Shown piece after piece: positions 51,277 to 60,655 of a stretch of DNA of 64,000 nt. This DNA comes from an uncultured Gemmatimonadales bacterium (GTDB lineage: Bacteria > Gemmatimonadota > Gemmatimonadetes > Gemmatimonadales > GWC2-71-9), in assembly GCA_963842945.1 (NCBI GenBank), contig CAWJIM010000023.1, positions 448,001 to 512,000 on the forward strand, in the 5' to 3' direction. Positions within the stretch are counted from its first letter, which is position 1, and each line of letters begins with the position of its first letter. A model generated the notes under the pieces. The model ran no database searches. It saw only the letters and a list, made by a program, of their open reading frames with translations, and had not been told where the DNA came from. Made by a program: the position numbers and the translations under genes.

Positions 51277-52694
51277 ATCCATCGCTTCTCGCCGGTCTCA
51301 GTCGAATCGTCGGGCGCCAATGGGTCCGTCACCGGCGGGCGGAACTGGCGACCTACGCCATGGATGGTCTCCCCACGCATGAGTCCACCCCGGGTGTCGT
51401 GGTCATGCCCGCCAATCCGGAGCAGGTGCGAGAAATCGTCAGGCTGCTGCATCTGGTTGGCGTTCCATTCGTCGCCCGCGGTGCCGGGACCGGGCTGAGC
51501 GGCGGGGCTCTGGCGGATCCCGATACTGTCCTGATCGCGCTCACCCGGATGAACCGGATTCTGGATGTCGATCCCGTTCAGCGCCGAGCTGTCGTGCAGC
51601 CCGGTGTGGTCAATGCCCGGCTGTCGGATGCGGTGCTGCCCCTGGGCCTGTACTACGCGCCGGACCCCTCGAGCCAGGCGGCCTGTACCGTGGGCGGGAA
51701 CGTGGCGGAGAATGCCGGGGGGCCTCACTGTCTCAAGTATGGCGTGACCACTAATCACATCGTGGCTCTCGACGTGGTTTTGTCGGATGGCTCCACTGCC
51801 CGCCTGGGCTCGGACCAGGGTGAGCCCTGGGGCCCCGACCTGGTGGGGCTGTTCGTGGGCAGTGAGGGAATGTTCGGCATCGCCACCCAGATCACGGTCC
51901 GGCTCGAGCGCATTCCTGAGAGCGTGCGCACCATGCTGGCCGACTTCGCAACTGTGCGGGCCGCCAGCGAAGCCGTGTCGGCCATCATCGCCGCAGGCAT
52001 CGTTCCGGCCGCACTCGAGATGATGGACCGCGCGTGCGTCGCGGCGGTAGAAGCCTCCATATACGCCGCAGGTTATCCAACGGATGCGGCGGCGGTTCTC
52101 CTGGTGGAGCTGGACGGCCAAACCGATGCGGTAGAGTCGGAAGCGGGTGTAGTGTTGCAGATCCTGAGCGAATGCGGCGCCCGAGACGTGCGCAGCGCTT
52201 CGACTCCGGCCGACCGTGCCCGACTCTGGCAGGGACGGAAGAAAGCCTTCGGCGCCATGGGCCGGATCGCTCCAGACCTGGCCGTGCAGGATGCCGTCGT
52301 CCCTCGTTCGGTTCTGCCGGCAATCATGGACCAGATCGAAGGGATCCGCAGGCACTACGATCTCACTATCAGCAACGTCTTTCACGCAGGCGACGGGAAC
52401 CTGCACCCGAACATCAGCTTCGACCGGCGCGACCCGGCGGTCGCCGCCCGGGTTCGTGCCGCGTGCCGGGACATCATGGCGGCTTGTGTCGCGGTGGGCG
52501 GGAGCATTACGGGCGAGCACGGCGTGGGCAACGACAAGCTCGACTACATGCCCTGGATCTTCGATTCCGATACGCTCGCGGCAATGCAGGCCGTGCGTCG
52601 CGCTTTCGATCCGGCCGAGCTGGCCAATCCCGGTAAGGTGGTACCGGTACATGCCTGCCGGGAGTGGACCGCCGTGCGGAGCACCCGGCAATGA
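51273..52694 (+). CDS. glcD: Glycolate oxidase subunit GlcD-like FAD-linked oxidase
   Basis: RGAGTGLSGG, PDPSS, NAGGPHCLKYG, HAGDGNLHP, GEHGVG. Confidence 0.9.
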   Translation: MNPSLLAGLSRIVGRQWVRHRRAELATYAMDGLPTHESTPGVVVMPANPEQVREIVRLLHLVGVPFVARGAGTGLSGGALADPDTVLIALTRMNRILDVDPVQRRAVVQPGVVNARLSDAVLPLGLYYAPDPSSQAACTVGGNVAENAGGPHCLKYGVTTNHIVALDVVLSDGSTARLGSDQGEPWGPDLVGLFVGSEGMFGIATQITVRLERIPESVRTMLADFATVRAASEAVSAIIAAGIVPAALEMMDRACVAAVEASIYAAGYPTDAAAVLLVELDGQTDAVESEAGVVLQILSECGARDVRSASTPADRARLWQGRKKAFGAMGRIAPDLAVQDAVVPRSVLPAIMDQIEGIRRHYDLTISNVFHAGDGNLHPNISFDRRDPAVAARVRAACRDIMAACVAVGGSITGEHGVGNDKLDYMPWIFDSDTLAAMQAVRRAFDPAELANPGKVVPVHACREWTAVRSTRQ

Positions 52695-53908
52695 GTGACG
52701 TGATCTTCGGCCGGCTGCGAGCGCTACTGGGAACTACCGGAGTCGAGCGGGACCCCCAGGGAATGCCCCGGGCCACGCCCGACTCGCCTGACGCGCTTTC
52801 ACTGGTGTGTCGCCTGGCCCATGAAGAGGGCTGGAAGATCCGGGTGGAGGGCCGAGGGACCTGGCTTTCCTCGGATGCCCCTGCCGACCTGGTGGTGAGC
52901 ACCCGAGGAATGGAGGAGGTGGTCTCGGTCAGCCCCGCCGACCTGGTCGCGACGGTCCAGGCTGGAGCTCCTCTAGAAGTGTTGCGCCGGCGGCTGGGCG
53001 ACCACGGCATGTGGCTCGCGCTCGATCCGCCCGGCCGGCCGGAGCGGAGCATCGGGTCGGTCATCGCGACTGCAACGGCGGGTCCTCTGCGCCACGGCTT
53101 CGGTCCGGTCCGCGATCATGTGCTCGGCTGTAGCGTCGCCACCGGTGACGGTCGGCTGGTCAATGCCGGCGGGAGGGTGGTAAAGAACGTCGCCGGCTAT
53201 GATCTGACCAAGCTGCAGGTCGGGGGCTTCGGCGGGTTCGGCATCATCGCAGAGGTCCACCTGCGGCTCAGAGCGCTGCCCCGGGCCGATGTGACCCTGC
53301 TGGCTCGGGGCGCCCGTGACGCGTTGACCTCCGGCGCGCGGGACGTCGTGGCTGCCAATCTTCTGCCCGCGGCGCTCGAACTGCTGTCCCCGGCGCTCGC
53401 GGCCGAGCCTGACTGGGTTCTTGCGATCCGGTTCGTGGGGACCGACGCCGCGGTTCAGGCCGATGTGCGTCGGCTCGGCTCCTCAGCCGACCTCAGCTGG
53501 CAGCAGCTCCCGGCCGACCGAACGGCCGCCTTCTGGAGCACGGTGGCTCGAGGAACTCTGGGCGGCCCCGTTACCCTGAGACTGGGGGTCCTGAGCGACG
53601 GGCTGGACGAAGCCATCGATTTGCTGGCCCACGATCTGGACGAGGGGCTGGTATCTGCCGGCGCAGGTCAGGGAATGATCCGCTGGACCGGCGATGCACC
53701 GCTGGAGCGGCTGCGGGGGCTCCGGCGCGCGGCGGCCTCGCGAGAGATCCCGATGACGCTGGAGCGCGCACCCTGGGTCATTCGACGCGCCCTGGGCCAT
53801 TTCGGAGCGTACCGCGAAGGTGTCGGAAAGATCGTGGGGCGGCTGCGGGGCACCTTCGATCCGGGTCAGTGCCTGAATGTCGCACTGGAGGGGGTAGACA
53901 ATGCCTGA
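52691..53908 (+). CDS. glcE: GlcE-like FAD-binding subunit
   Basis: LDPP, GGRVVKNVAGYDLTKL, FDP. Confidence 0.85.
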   Translation: MSDVIFGRLRALLGTTGVERDPQGMPRATPDSPDALSLVCRLAHEEGWKIRVEGRGTWLSSDAPADLVVSTRGMEEVVSVSPADLVATVQAGAPLEVLRRRLGDHGMWLALDPPGRPERSIGSVIATATAGPLRHGFGPVRDHVLGCSVATGDGRLVNAGGRVVKNVAGYDLTKLQVGGFGGFGIIAEVHLRLRALPRADVTLLARGARDALTSGARDVVAANLLPAALELLSPALAAEPDWVLAIRFVGTDAAVQADVRRLGSSADLSWQQLPADRTAAFWSTVARGTLGGPVTLRLGVLSDGLDEAIDLLAHDLDEGLVSAGAGQGMIRWTGDAPLERLRGLRRAAASREIPMTLERAPWVIRRALGHFGAYREGVGKIVGRLRGTFDPGQCLNVALEGVDNA

Positions 53909-55178
53909 CTACTCCTCCTTGGATCCATGCGTCCACTGCGGGTTCTGCCTGCCGGCGTGCCCGACCTACCTGGTTACCGGCGACGAAGGGCACAGCCCGC
54001 GGGGGCGCATCGTCCTGATGCGAGCGCTCGAGCGGGGCGAGATCGGCGCCGACGATGCCGCCTTGGCCAACCACCTGGATGCGTGCCTGGGGTGCCGAGG
54101 CTGCGAGCCAGCCTGCCCTTCGGGGGTGGGCTATGGCCGCGGGCTCGAGGCAGCGCGTGAGCAGCTACATGCGCAACGCGGCCTCCCGGGCCTGGCCCGA
54201 ACGGTGCTTGGGGTCTTCCGCTATCGGGCGCTGTGGCGCCCGCTCTTCTCCGCGGCCCGCGTACTCCGGGCCACCCGCCTGCCCCAGCTTGTCGCCGGTA
54301 AGGGACGGCTGAGATTCGGCATGGGAATGCTGGCGTCGAGTGCGGAGATAAAGGAGCGGCCCGAGTGGGTAATGAGGTCGGAGATCCCCCCCACCGCTCA
54401 GCCTGCTGCTTCCACTTCGCCTTCCCGGTCCACGCCCCTCTACTCCACCGTCGCCCTCTTCCGGGGCTGCGTCATGGATGCTCTGTTCGGGCATGTCCAC
54501 GCGGCCACGAAGCGGACTCTTGAGGCCAACGGATATCGAGTGATCGAGCCTCCGGGCCAGGTTTGCTGCGGAGCACTTCACGAGCATGCGGGAGACCGGG
54601 ACGGGGCGCGGGCGCTCGCGGCGGCGAACCTCGAGGCCTTGGTTGATCAGGCCGACTTCGTGGTGGTGAACAGCGCCGGCTGCGGGGCGTTACTCAAGGA
54701 TTACGGCCATCTGCTCGGGACGGAAACAGCCGCCCGGCTGGGAGCCAGTGTTCGTGACGTGTCGGAGCTGCTGGCCGATCGGGGGCCCCGGCCGGGCGCC
54801 CCATTGAAGCTGGACGTGGCCTATGATGCGCCCTGTCATCTCCAACACGCCCAGCGAGTGCACGATGCTCCACTGGCCCTGCTGCGGGCAATACCTGGAT
54901 TGCGACTGCGGCTCCTACCCGGCGCCGACCGGTGCTGCGGTAGCGCGGGAATCTATTCTGTCCTCCGGCCGCACATGGCCCGCATGGTCCTCGATAACAA
55001 GATCGTGGAGGTTGAGACGGCGAGCCCGCGCCCGGAGCTGGTGGTGACGGGCAATCCCGGGTGCATCATGCAGATCGGTGCAGGACTTCGGGCCGCCGAC
55101 CTGCCGATTGGGGTAGCTCACCCGGTAGAGCTGCTTGATCTGTCGTACAGTACGGCTGGGTACTACGCTGCTCGGTGA
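53901..55178 (+). CDS. glcF: GlcF-like Fe-S subunit (2x[4Fe-4S] + CCG domains)
   Basis: CVHCGFCLPACP, CLGCRGCEPACP, CCG twice, PCHLQH, NPGC. Confidence 0.9.
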   Translation: MPDYSSLDPCVHCGFCLPACPTYLVTGDEGHSPRGRIVLMRALERGEIGADDAALANHLDACLGCRGCEPACPSGVGYGRGLEAAREQLHAQRGLPGLARTVLGVFRYRALWRPLFSAARVLRATRLPQLVAGKGRLRFGMGMLASSAEIKERPEWVMRSEIPPTAQPAASTSPSRSTPLYSTVALFRGCVMDALFGHVHAATKRTLEANGYRVIEPPGQVCCGALHEHAGDRDGARALAAANLEALVDQADFVVVNSAGCGALLKDYGHLLGTETAARLGASVRDVSELLADRGPRPGAPLKLDVAYDAPCHLQHAQRVHDAPLALLRAIPGLRLRLLPGADRCCGSAGIYSVLRPHMARMVLDNKIVEVETASPRPELVVTGNPGCIMQIGAGLRAADLPIGVAHPVELLDLSYSTAGYYAAR

Positions 55179-55263
55179 CTGGCCCATTAAGGTCGGATGA
55201 AAATTTGCAAGGGGTCACGCTGAGTTCTTACTTCTCACCTGTCACTCCGTTATACCTTACTCA

Positions 55264-55926
55264 ATGGCCTCCGGAATCCTCTTCGACTTCAATGGTGTCA
55301 TTGTTGACGACGAAGCCCAGCACTGCGACGCCCTGACCGCGACGCTGGCCGAGTACGGTTATACCCTGAATCGCGATATGTACTACAAGGAATATCTCGG
55401 CCTGGATGATCGGGAGTGCTTCCGGTTCACCTTCGAGCGGATGGGCCGTCCAGATGATGACGGCTCCGTTCGCGACGCCGTGGCGCGAAAGCATGCTCTC
55501 TACCAGCAAGCCATCAGCGGAGGGGTGCGCTTGGTGCCCGGCGTGGCCGATTTTATCGAGAACGCCGCACTGGAGGGTTTCCAGCTGGCTATCGTCTCCG
55601 GAGCGCTGCGCCGGGAGGTGGAAACGTTCCTGGAGGCTGTCGGGTTGAGGCCTCACTTTGCCGAGCTCGTCGCAGCAGAGGATGTTGCCGTCTGCAAGCC
55701 TGACCCGACGGGATACAATCGTGCCCGTGAAATGCTGGAGCTCGCGCCCGGCCGCTGCGTGGTGCTGGAAGACTCGCTTCCCGGACTGCGAGCCGCGCGG
55801 GCCGCCGGAATGCGGTGCGCGATGCTGACCACGTCTCACCCCGAACCTGTCTGTCGTGAGGCCGATCTCGTCTGGCGAGACTTCGTCGGCCATGAAGCGT
55901 CCCAGCTACCATGGGCTCATGTCTGA
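55264..55926 (+). CDS. HAD family phosphatase
   Basis: FDFNGVIVD, KPDP, LEDSLPG. Confidence 0.92.
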   Translation: MASGILFDFNGVIVDDEAQHCDALTATLAEYGYTLNRDMYYKEYLGLDDRECFRFTFERMGRPDDDGSVRDAVARKHALYQQAISGGVRLVPGVADFIENAALEGFQLAIVSGALRREVETFLEAVGLRPHFAELVAAEDVAVCKPDPTGYNRAREMLELAPGRCVVLEDSLPGLRAARAAGMRCAMLTTSHPEPVCREADLVWRDFVGHEASQLPWAHV

Positions 55927-56905
55927 GTTCGATCTAACCCTGGACCGTAACCGCCTGGCCGAGGTTCGCCACGGCGCAGTGGTGGTCACCACCGACTCCG
56001 CGGTCTTCCGGGTCCAGGGCCCGGGCGCCCTCAGCTGCCTTCAGGGCCTGCTCACCAACGATGTAGTAAAGCCGGGCGACAACAGTCTGGTTTACGGCGC
56101 GCTGTTGACGCCCAAGGGCGCTGTGGTGGTTGATTACTGGGTGCTGCGCCAGCCGGAAGCCATCACGCTGATCGCGCCGCGCTCTGGGCAGGAGGCTTCC
56201 CTTGACCTGTTCCGGCGCCAGCTGCCGCCCCGGCTCGCCAAGGTGAGCGACCAGACAGGCCAGGCGAGAGTGGCCTGGTTGATCGGGGCGCACGGATTTC
56301 AGACGCTGGCTTCCTCGGGGGTTCCGCTGCCGGAGTCCACCGGCCGAGTCGCCTCCGTCGGCGGCGAGGTGAGCCCGGTAGCGTTGGCCCTGGCGCCTGA
56401 GACGGCGCCGTTCGTCGCGCTCGCGGTCGGAGCCGAGCCGGCCATCGCTGCGCTGACCAGCAAACTGGTGGCTGCGGGGGCGCTCCAGGGTGACGAGCGC
56501 GACTTACATGCCGCCCGCATCCTCTGTGGCTGGCCGGCGCTGGGGGCGGAGATCGACGAACGCACCTTGCCGCAAGAGGTGCGCTACGATCAGATCGGCG
56601 GCGTCTCCTACACCAAGGGCTGCTACACCGGGCAGGAGACCGTCGCCCGGTTGCACTTTCGGGGACACACCAACCGGGAGCTGCGGGGACTCCGCTGGCG
56701 CAGGGCACAGCCGCTCCACAACCGGTCGATCCAAAAGGGAGAGCGTGAGGTAGGGAGCGTGCGATCGACCCTCAGGCTGGAAGACCGAGCCATCGGCCTA
56801 GGGTTGATTCGGCGCGAGGTGGGTGTGGGCGAGGAGCTGGTGGCTGGAGGTCAACCAGCCACCGTGGTAGCGCTTCCCTTCGGCCCCGAGGATCTGGACG
56901 GGTGA
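55919..56905 (+). CDS. ygfZ: YgfZ/GcvT-like folate-binding Fe-S maturation protein
   Basis: LQGLLTND, KGCYTGQETVAR signature. Confidence 0.9.
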   Translation: MSEFDLTLDRNRLAEVRHGAVVVTTDSAVFRVQGPGALSCLQGLLTNDVVKPGDNSLVYGALLTPKGAVVVDYWVLRQPEAITLIAPRSGQEASLDLFRRQLPPRLAKVSDQTGQARVAWLIGAHGFQTLASSGVPLPESTGRVASVGGEVSPVALALAPETAPFVALAVGAEPAIAALTSKLVAAGALQGDERDLHAARILCGWPALGAEIDERTLPQEVRYDQIGGVSYTKGCYTGQETVARLHFRGHTNRELRGLRWRRAQPLHNRSIQKGEREVGSVRSTLRLEDRAIGLGLIRREVGVGEELVAGGQPATVVALPFGPEDLDG

Positions 56906-56909
56906 TCCG

Positions 56910-57077
56910 CTACTTCTTGGCCGTATCCCGCGCCATGGTCGAGTCGGAATGAGTCATCCCCATGCCGGTGTCGGACATAGCCGGGGCGGCAGCCGACGTA
57001 TCGGACGCCGGGGTGGCAGCCTTCTTTTCGCAGCCCGCGAGCAGGAGAACCGCGGTTAGCGCCAGGATCGTCTTCAT
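56910..57077 (-). CDS. Small (55 aa) disordered lipoprotein
   Basis: MKTILALTAVLLLAGC lipobox, AGGGAG RBS, Ala/Ser/Thr/Asp/Met-rich mature part. Confidence 0.8.
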   Translation of the reverse strand: MKTILALTAVLLLAGCEKKAATPASDTSAAAPAMSDTGMGMTHSDSTMARDTAKK

Positions 57078-57154
57078 CGTCACTCCCTGTAAGGTCGGCG
57101 GTGAATGAACCGGGTCCACGGCCGTCGCTGTCGCCGGACAGAGACGCGACGGCC

Positions 57155-57182
57155 AAGCTATGTCCCAGCATCACTTTGTCAA
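57155..57182 (-). promoter_or_regulatory. Putative sigma70 promoter of the small lipoprotein
   Basis: Minus strand TTGACA-N16-TAGCTT. Confidence 0.5.
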
Positions 57183-57276
57183 GATCAATCATACTACCGG
57201 TACATCGAAATCAGTTCATGAAAGCTGATAATTTTCTTTTCTGCCAATTGTTTCCCGTTCGTGAGCGAATCCAATC

Positions 57277-58740
57277 ATGATCGAGCCACGCACCATAGGT
57301 GAACTCAAGAACAGCCGGTGGGCGGAGGCTCCGCTGCGGGGACGCACCGTCCGGGAAGAAATTCGGAGCAATCTCCTCAAGCGTCTCGAATCGGGAGGGC
57401 CTCTCTTCCCCGGAATCGTGGGCTATGAGGACACCATCGTTCCCCAGATCATCAACGCTTTGCTGGCCCGGCACCATTTCATCCTGCTGGGGCTCCGAGG
57501 CCAGGCCAAAAGCCGCATTCTCCGTGACCTCACCAGTCTGCTCGACGAGAGGATTCCCATCATCGCGGGGAGCGAAGTCAACGATGACCCCTTTGCTTCG
57601 ATTTCCAAGTACGCCCGCGATCTCCTGGAGGAGTGTGGCGAGGCCACCCCTATCGCCTGGCTCAAACGGGAGCAACGCTATGTCGAGAAGCTCGCCACGC
57701 CCGACGTGACCATCGCGGATCTGATTGGAGACGTGGACCCGATCAAGGCAGCCCGTGGCGGCCACCTGCTCTCGGATGAGCTGACCATGCACTTCGGCCT
57801 TCTGCCCCGAGCCAACCGCGGAATCTTCGCCATCAATGAATTGCCCGATCTGAGCGGCAAGGTGCAGGTGGGATTGTTCAACATCATGCAGGAAGGCGAT
57901 GTCCAGATCAAAGGCTACCCGGTGCGGCTGCCGCTGGACGTGTTGCTCGCCTTCACCGCCAATCCCGAGGACTATACCGCCCGGGGCAAGATCATCACTC
58001 CGCTCAAAGACCGGATCGGATCCGAGGTCATCACCCATTACCCGAGAACGGTACCGCTGGGCATGGAGATAACGGCTCAGGAAGCCTGGACCATTCGGGG
58101 GGGTAAGCCGCTCGAGATTCCGGACTTCGTTCTCGAAGTTATCGAGCGGGTAGCCTTCGAGGCCCGGGAAGACAAACGGGTGGACAAGCGCTCCGGCGTC
58201 AGCCAGCGGCTCCCGATCAGCACGCTGGAGAACGCCATCAGCAACGCCGAGCGAAGAACCGTCGCGCTGGGGGAGGAGAAGGTCGTTCCCCGAGTCAGCG
58301 ATATCTATGCTGCCGTCCCTTCCATCACCGGAAAGCTGGAGCTGGAGTACGAGGGCGAGCTTCAGGGGGGCGATATCATCGCCCGTGATCTGATTCGACG
58401 CGCCGCGGGCCGGGTGCTGGAGGAGCGAATGGGTGGGGCCGATCTGGGGAGAATCGTGGCCTGGTTCGACCAGGGAGGCGCCCTGAAGGTTTCCGGCGAC
58501 CAGCGGTCCGATGTTTGCCTCAAGGGATTCAGCGTGGTTCCAGGGCTGGTAGAGACCGTGACCGAATTCGGTCTGGCCGGCGCCAAGGACGCCGCCCACC
58601 AGGTAGCCGCGTGCGAGCTGGTACTGGAAGGTTTGGCCTCCCAGAAGCGGATCAGCCGAAGCGAGGAGCTGGGCTACACCCGGGCAAAGCCGGAACGGCG
58701 TGAGCCCGGATATGGCAAAGGCGGGATAAGCTTTGGATAG
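57277..58740 (+). CDS. Mg-chelatase ChlI-like AAA+ ATPase
   Basis: GLRGQAKS, DLIGDVDP, ANRGIFAINELPDL, TANPEDY, DRIGS. Confidence 0.88.
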   Translation: MIEPRTIGELKNSRWAEAPLRGRTVREEIRSNLLKRLESGGPLFPGIVGYEDTIVPQIINALLARHHFILLGLRGQAKSRILRDLTSLLDERIPIIAGSEVNDDPFASISKYARDLLEECGEATPIAWLKREQRYVEKLATPDVTIADLIGDVDPIKAARGGHLLSDELTMHFGLLPRANRGIFAINELPDLSGKVQVGLFNIMQEGDVQIKGYPVRLPLDVLLAFTANPEDYTARGKIITPLKDRIGSEVITHYPRTVPLGMEITAQEAWTIRGGKPLEIPDFVLEVIERVAFEAREDKRVDKRSGVSQRLPISTLENAISNAERRTVALGEEKVVPRVSDIYAAVPSITGKLELEYEGELQGGDIIARDLIRRAAGRVLEERMGGADLGRIVAWFDQGGALKVSGDQRSDVCLKGFSVVPGLVETVTEFGLAGAKDAAHQVAACELVLEGLASQKRISRSEELGYTRAKPERREPGYGKGGISFG

Positions 58741-58815
58741 GTAAACGGTAAAGGGTAAACGGTGAAGCGGATCACCGCTCACGAACCGTTTACCGTTTAC
58801 CATAGACCGTTCACG
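58741..58815. repeat. Tandem heptamer inverted-repeat element (GTAAACG x3-4 / ACCGTTT x4)
   Basis: gtaaacg gtaaagg gtaaacg gtgaa, central AGCGG-ATCA-CCGCT hairpin, accgttt accgttt accatag accgttc; same family as 10264-10332. Confidence 0.85.
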
Positions 58816-58836
58816 TTCTCCCTTCTCCAGAAACCG

Positions 58837-60126
58837 ATGCGCTTTACCACCTATTCCAAGTACCACCCCGAGCTGGCCGACACGGTCAACCTGCAGGGTT
58901 TGCTCGATCAACTGAGCGACTTCCTGCTGCAGTCTGGCTTTGCCGGTAACTCCCCCTCCTTCTGGCAGGACGACATGGGAGAGGGCGAGCGATCGCTCGA
59001 AGCCCTTCGCCAGGCAATCCTCCAGGCTCTGATGGAATCAGGCCAGCTCACGCCGGAGATGCTCAAGGTCCTTCGGGGGGAATCCACCGGCGACGAGGCC
59101 CGAGACAAAAAGATCGAGGCCCAGCTGAGCCAGTTGCTGGATCGCATCGTTCAACGGCTCATGGATGAAGGGTATCTCAACGTGAGTGAGGCCCCGCAGG
59201 TGCCCCAGGGTTATCAGTCGATGTTCGGGCCCGGAGGACAGGCTCATTCGGCCGCCCAACAGGTCCAGTTCAATCTCACCGAAAAAGGCATCGACTTTCT
59301 CGGGTACAAGACATTGAAGAACCTGCTGGGCAGCGTCGGCAAGTCCAGCTTTGGCGCGCACGACACGCCGTACCTCGCCACGGGGGTGGAGGCTGAAGGG
59401 GTCAGCAAGAAATACGAATTCGGAGATGTCTTGAATCTCGACGTGCCGGCCACGCTCACCAATGCGATCGCCCGCGAGGGTCTGGGCGTGCCGCTGAACA
59501 TCGAGTATGGCGATCTGATGGTGAGTCAGAGCGAGTATCGCTCCTCGGCGGCCACCGTGCTGATGCTCGACTGCTCCCACTCGATGATTCTGTACGGAGA
59601 AGATCGGTTCACCCCGGCCAAGAAGGTCGCCCTCGCGCTGACGCACCTGATTCGAACGCAATATCCGGGGGACAGTCTGCGCGTCGTGTTGTTCCACGAT
59701 TCAGCCGCAGAAATTCCTCTGAGCGCGCTGGCGACGGCTCAGGTTGGCCCCTATCACACCAATACCGCCGAAGGGCTCAAACTGGCTCGCCGGATTCTGC
59801 TGGGGCAAAAGAAGGACATGCGGCAGATCATCATGATCACCGATGGTAAACCATCGGCGCTTACCATGTCGGATGGCCGGATTTACGTGAACTCCATGGG
59901 ACTCGATCCCCAGATCCTGCAGGCCACCTACCGGGAGGTCGCCAACTGCCGCCGGTCAGGAATCATGATCAACACGTTCATGCTGGCGCGCGACCGCAGC
60001 CTGGTGGAGTTCGTGAAGCAGGTCGCCTCCATTTGCAAAGGCAAGGCCTACTTCACCAACACCATGACCCTCGGCCAATTCATCCTGATGGACTTCATGA
60101 AGCGTAAGACCCGGCGTGTCTCCTGA
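58837..60126 (+). CDS. VWA (MIDAS) domain protein, partner of the AAA+ ATPase
   Basis: MLDCSHSM (DxSxS), [12 protein letters not shown]. Confidence 0.9.
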   Translation: MRFTTYSKYHPELADTVNLQGLLDQLSDFLLQSGFAGNSPSFWQDDMGEGERSLEALRQAILQALMESGQLTPEMLKVLRGESTGDEARDKKIEAQLSQLLDRIVQRLMDEGYLNVSEAPQVPQGYQSMFGPGGQAHSAAQQVQFNLTEKGIDFLGYKTLKNLLGSVGKSSFGAHDTPYLATGVEAEGVSKKYEFGDVLNLDVPATLTNAIAREGLGVPLNIEYGDLMVSQSEYRSSAATVLMLDCSHSMILYGEDRFTPAKKVALALTHLIRTQYPGDSLRVVLFHDSAAEIPLSALATAQVGPYHTNTAEGLKLARRILLGQKKDMRQIIMITDGKPSALTMSDGRIYVNSMGLDPQILQATYREVANCRRSGIMINTFMLARDRSLVEFVKQVASICKGKAYFTNTMTLGQFILMDFMKRKTRRVS

Positions 60127-60640
60127 GCCAACGCCCGGCCGGGGATTTTCTGGCAGCTTCGGTCGCGCTACCCTCCTCGCTTGGATCCTGCTGCCCTTCC
60201 ATCTCGCCGCCTGCGGCCCGCGGGGAGGAGGGGCCCAGAACCCTGGCAGTCCCGCACCGGTCTCCGACCCTGCTGCACAGCCGGGCACAGTCAACCCTGC
60301 TCCGGTCGACCCCGCGACCGAGGGCACCGGCGGATTACCCGAAGGCAACGCAGTGCCAGTGCGCCCGGATCAGGCGCCGCTGGTCCGGATCGACGAGGCA
60401 CTGACGGCCGATAGCCTGCTGGGACGACGGGTTCGGGTATTGGGCCGGTGCACGGCGGCCGGAGCTGGCCACCGGGCAGGCTCTTGGACTCTGGAAGAGG
60501 ATGGGTCAGCGATCGAGGTGCGCGGCCTGGTGCCCTATTCCTGCGGCCCAACCAGCACGGCAAGTCTTACAATCTTCGCTCAAATCGAACCAAAGACTGC
60601 CGGGAGCAAGGATCGATTGCTGTTGCGGCTCCCGGATTGA
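60116..60640 (+). CDS. Hypothetical lipoprotein (Pro-rich linker, small beta domain)
   Basis: Hydrophobic segment ending LAAC; Pro/Gly/Ala linker; OB-fold-like C-terminal pattern. Confidence 0.6.
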   Translation: MSPEPTPGRGFSGSFGRATLLAWILLPFHLAACGPRGGGAQNPGSPAPVSDPAAQPGTVNPAPVDPATEGTGGLPEGNAVPVRPDQAPLVRIDEALTADSLLGRRVRVLGRCTAAGAGHRAGSWTLEEDGSAIEVRGLVPYSCGPTSTASLTIFAQIEPKTAGSKDRLLLRLPD

Positions 60641-60655
60641 GTTTCTGCCGCTCGA

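Noticed and set aside
57277..58740. Chlorophyll Mg-chelatase (photosynthesis gene)
   Set aside because: No bch/puf genes nearby; pairing with a VWA protein matches the widespread non-photosynthetic AAA+/VWA module.
58741..58815. Short repeats as a CRISPR array (also 10264-10332, 50473-50597)
   Set aside because: Units are 7-8 bp in tandem with inverted arms; there are no 23-47-bp repeats with unique spacers and no cas genes.
51075..58911. Long antisense ORFs (51075-52691, 57211-58911; also 42454-43827, 38161-39498)
   Set aside because: Shadow frames of well-supported genes, expected at high GC; no recognisable motifs.
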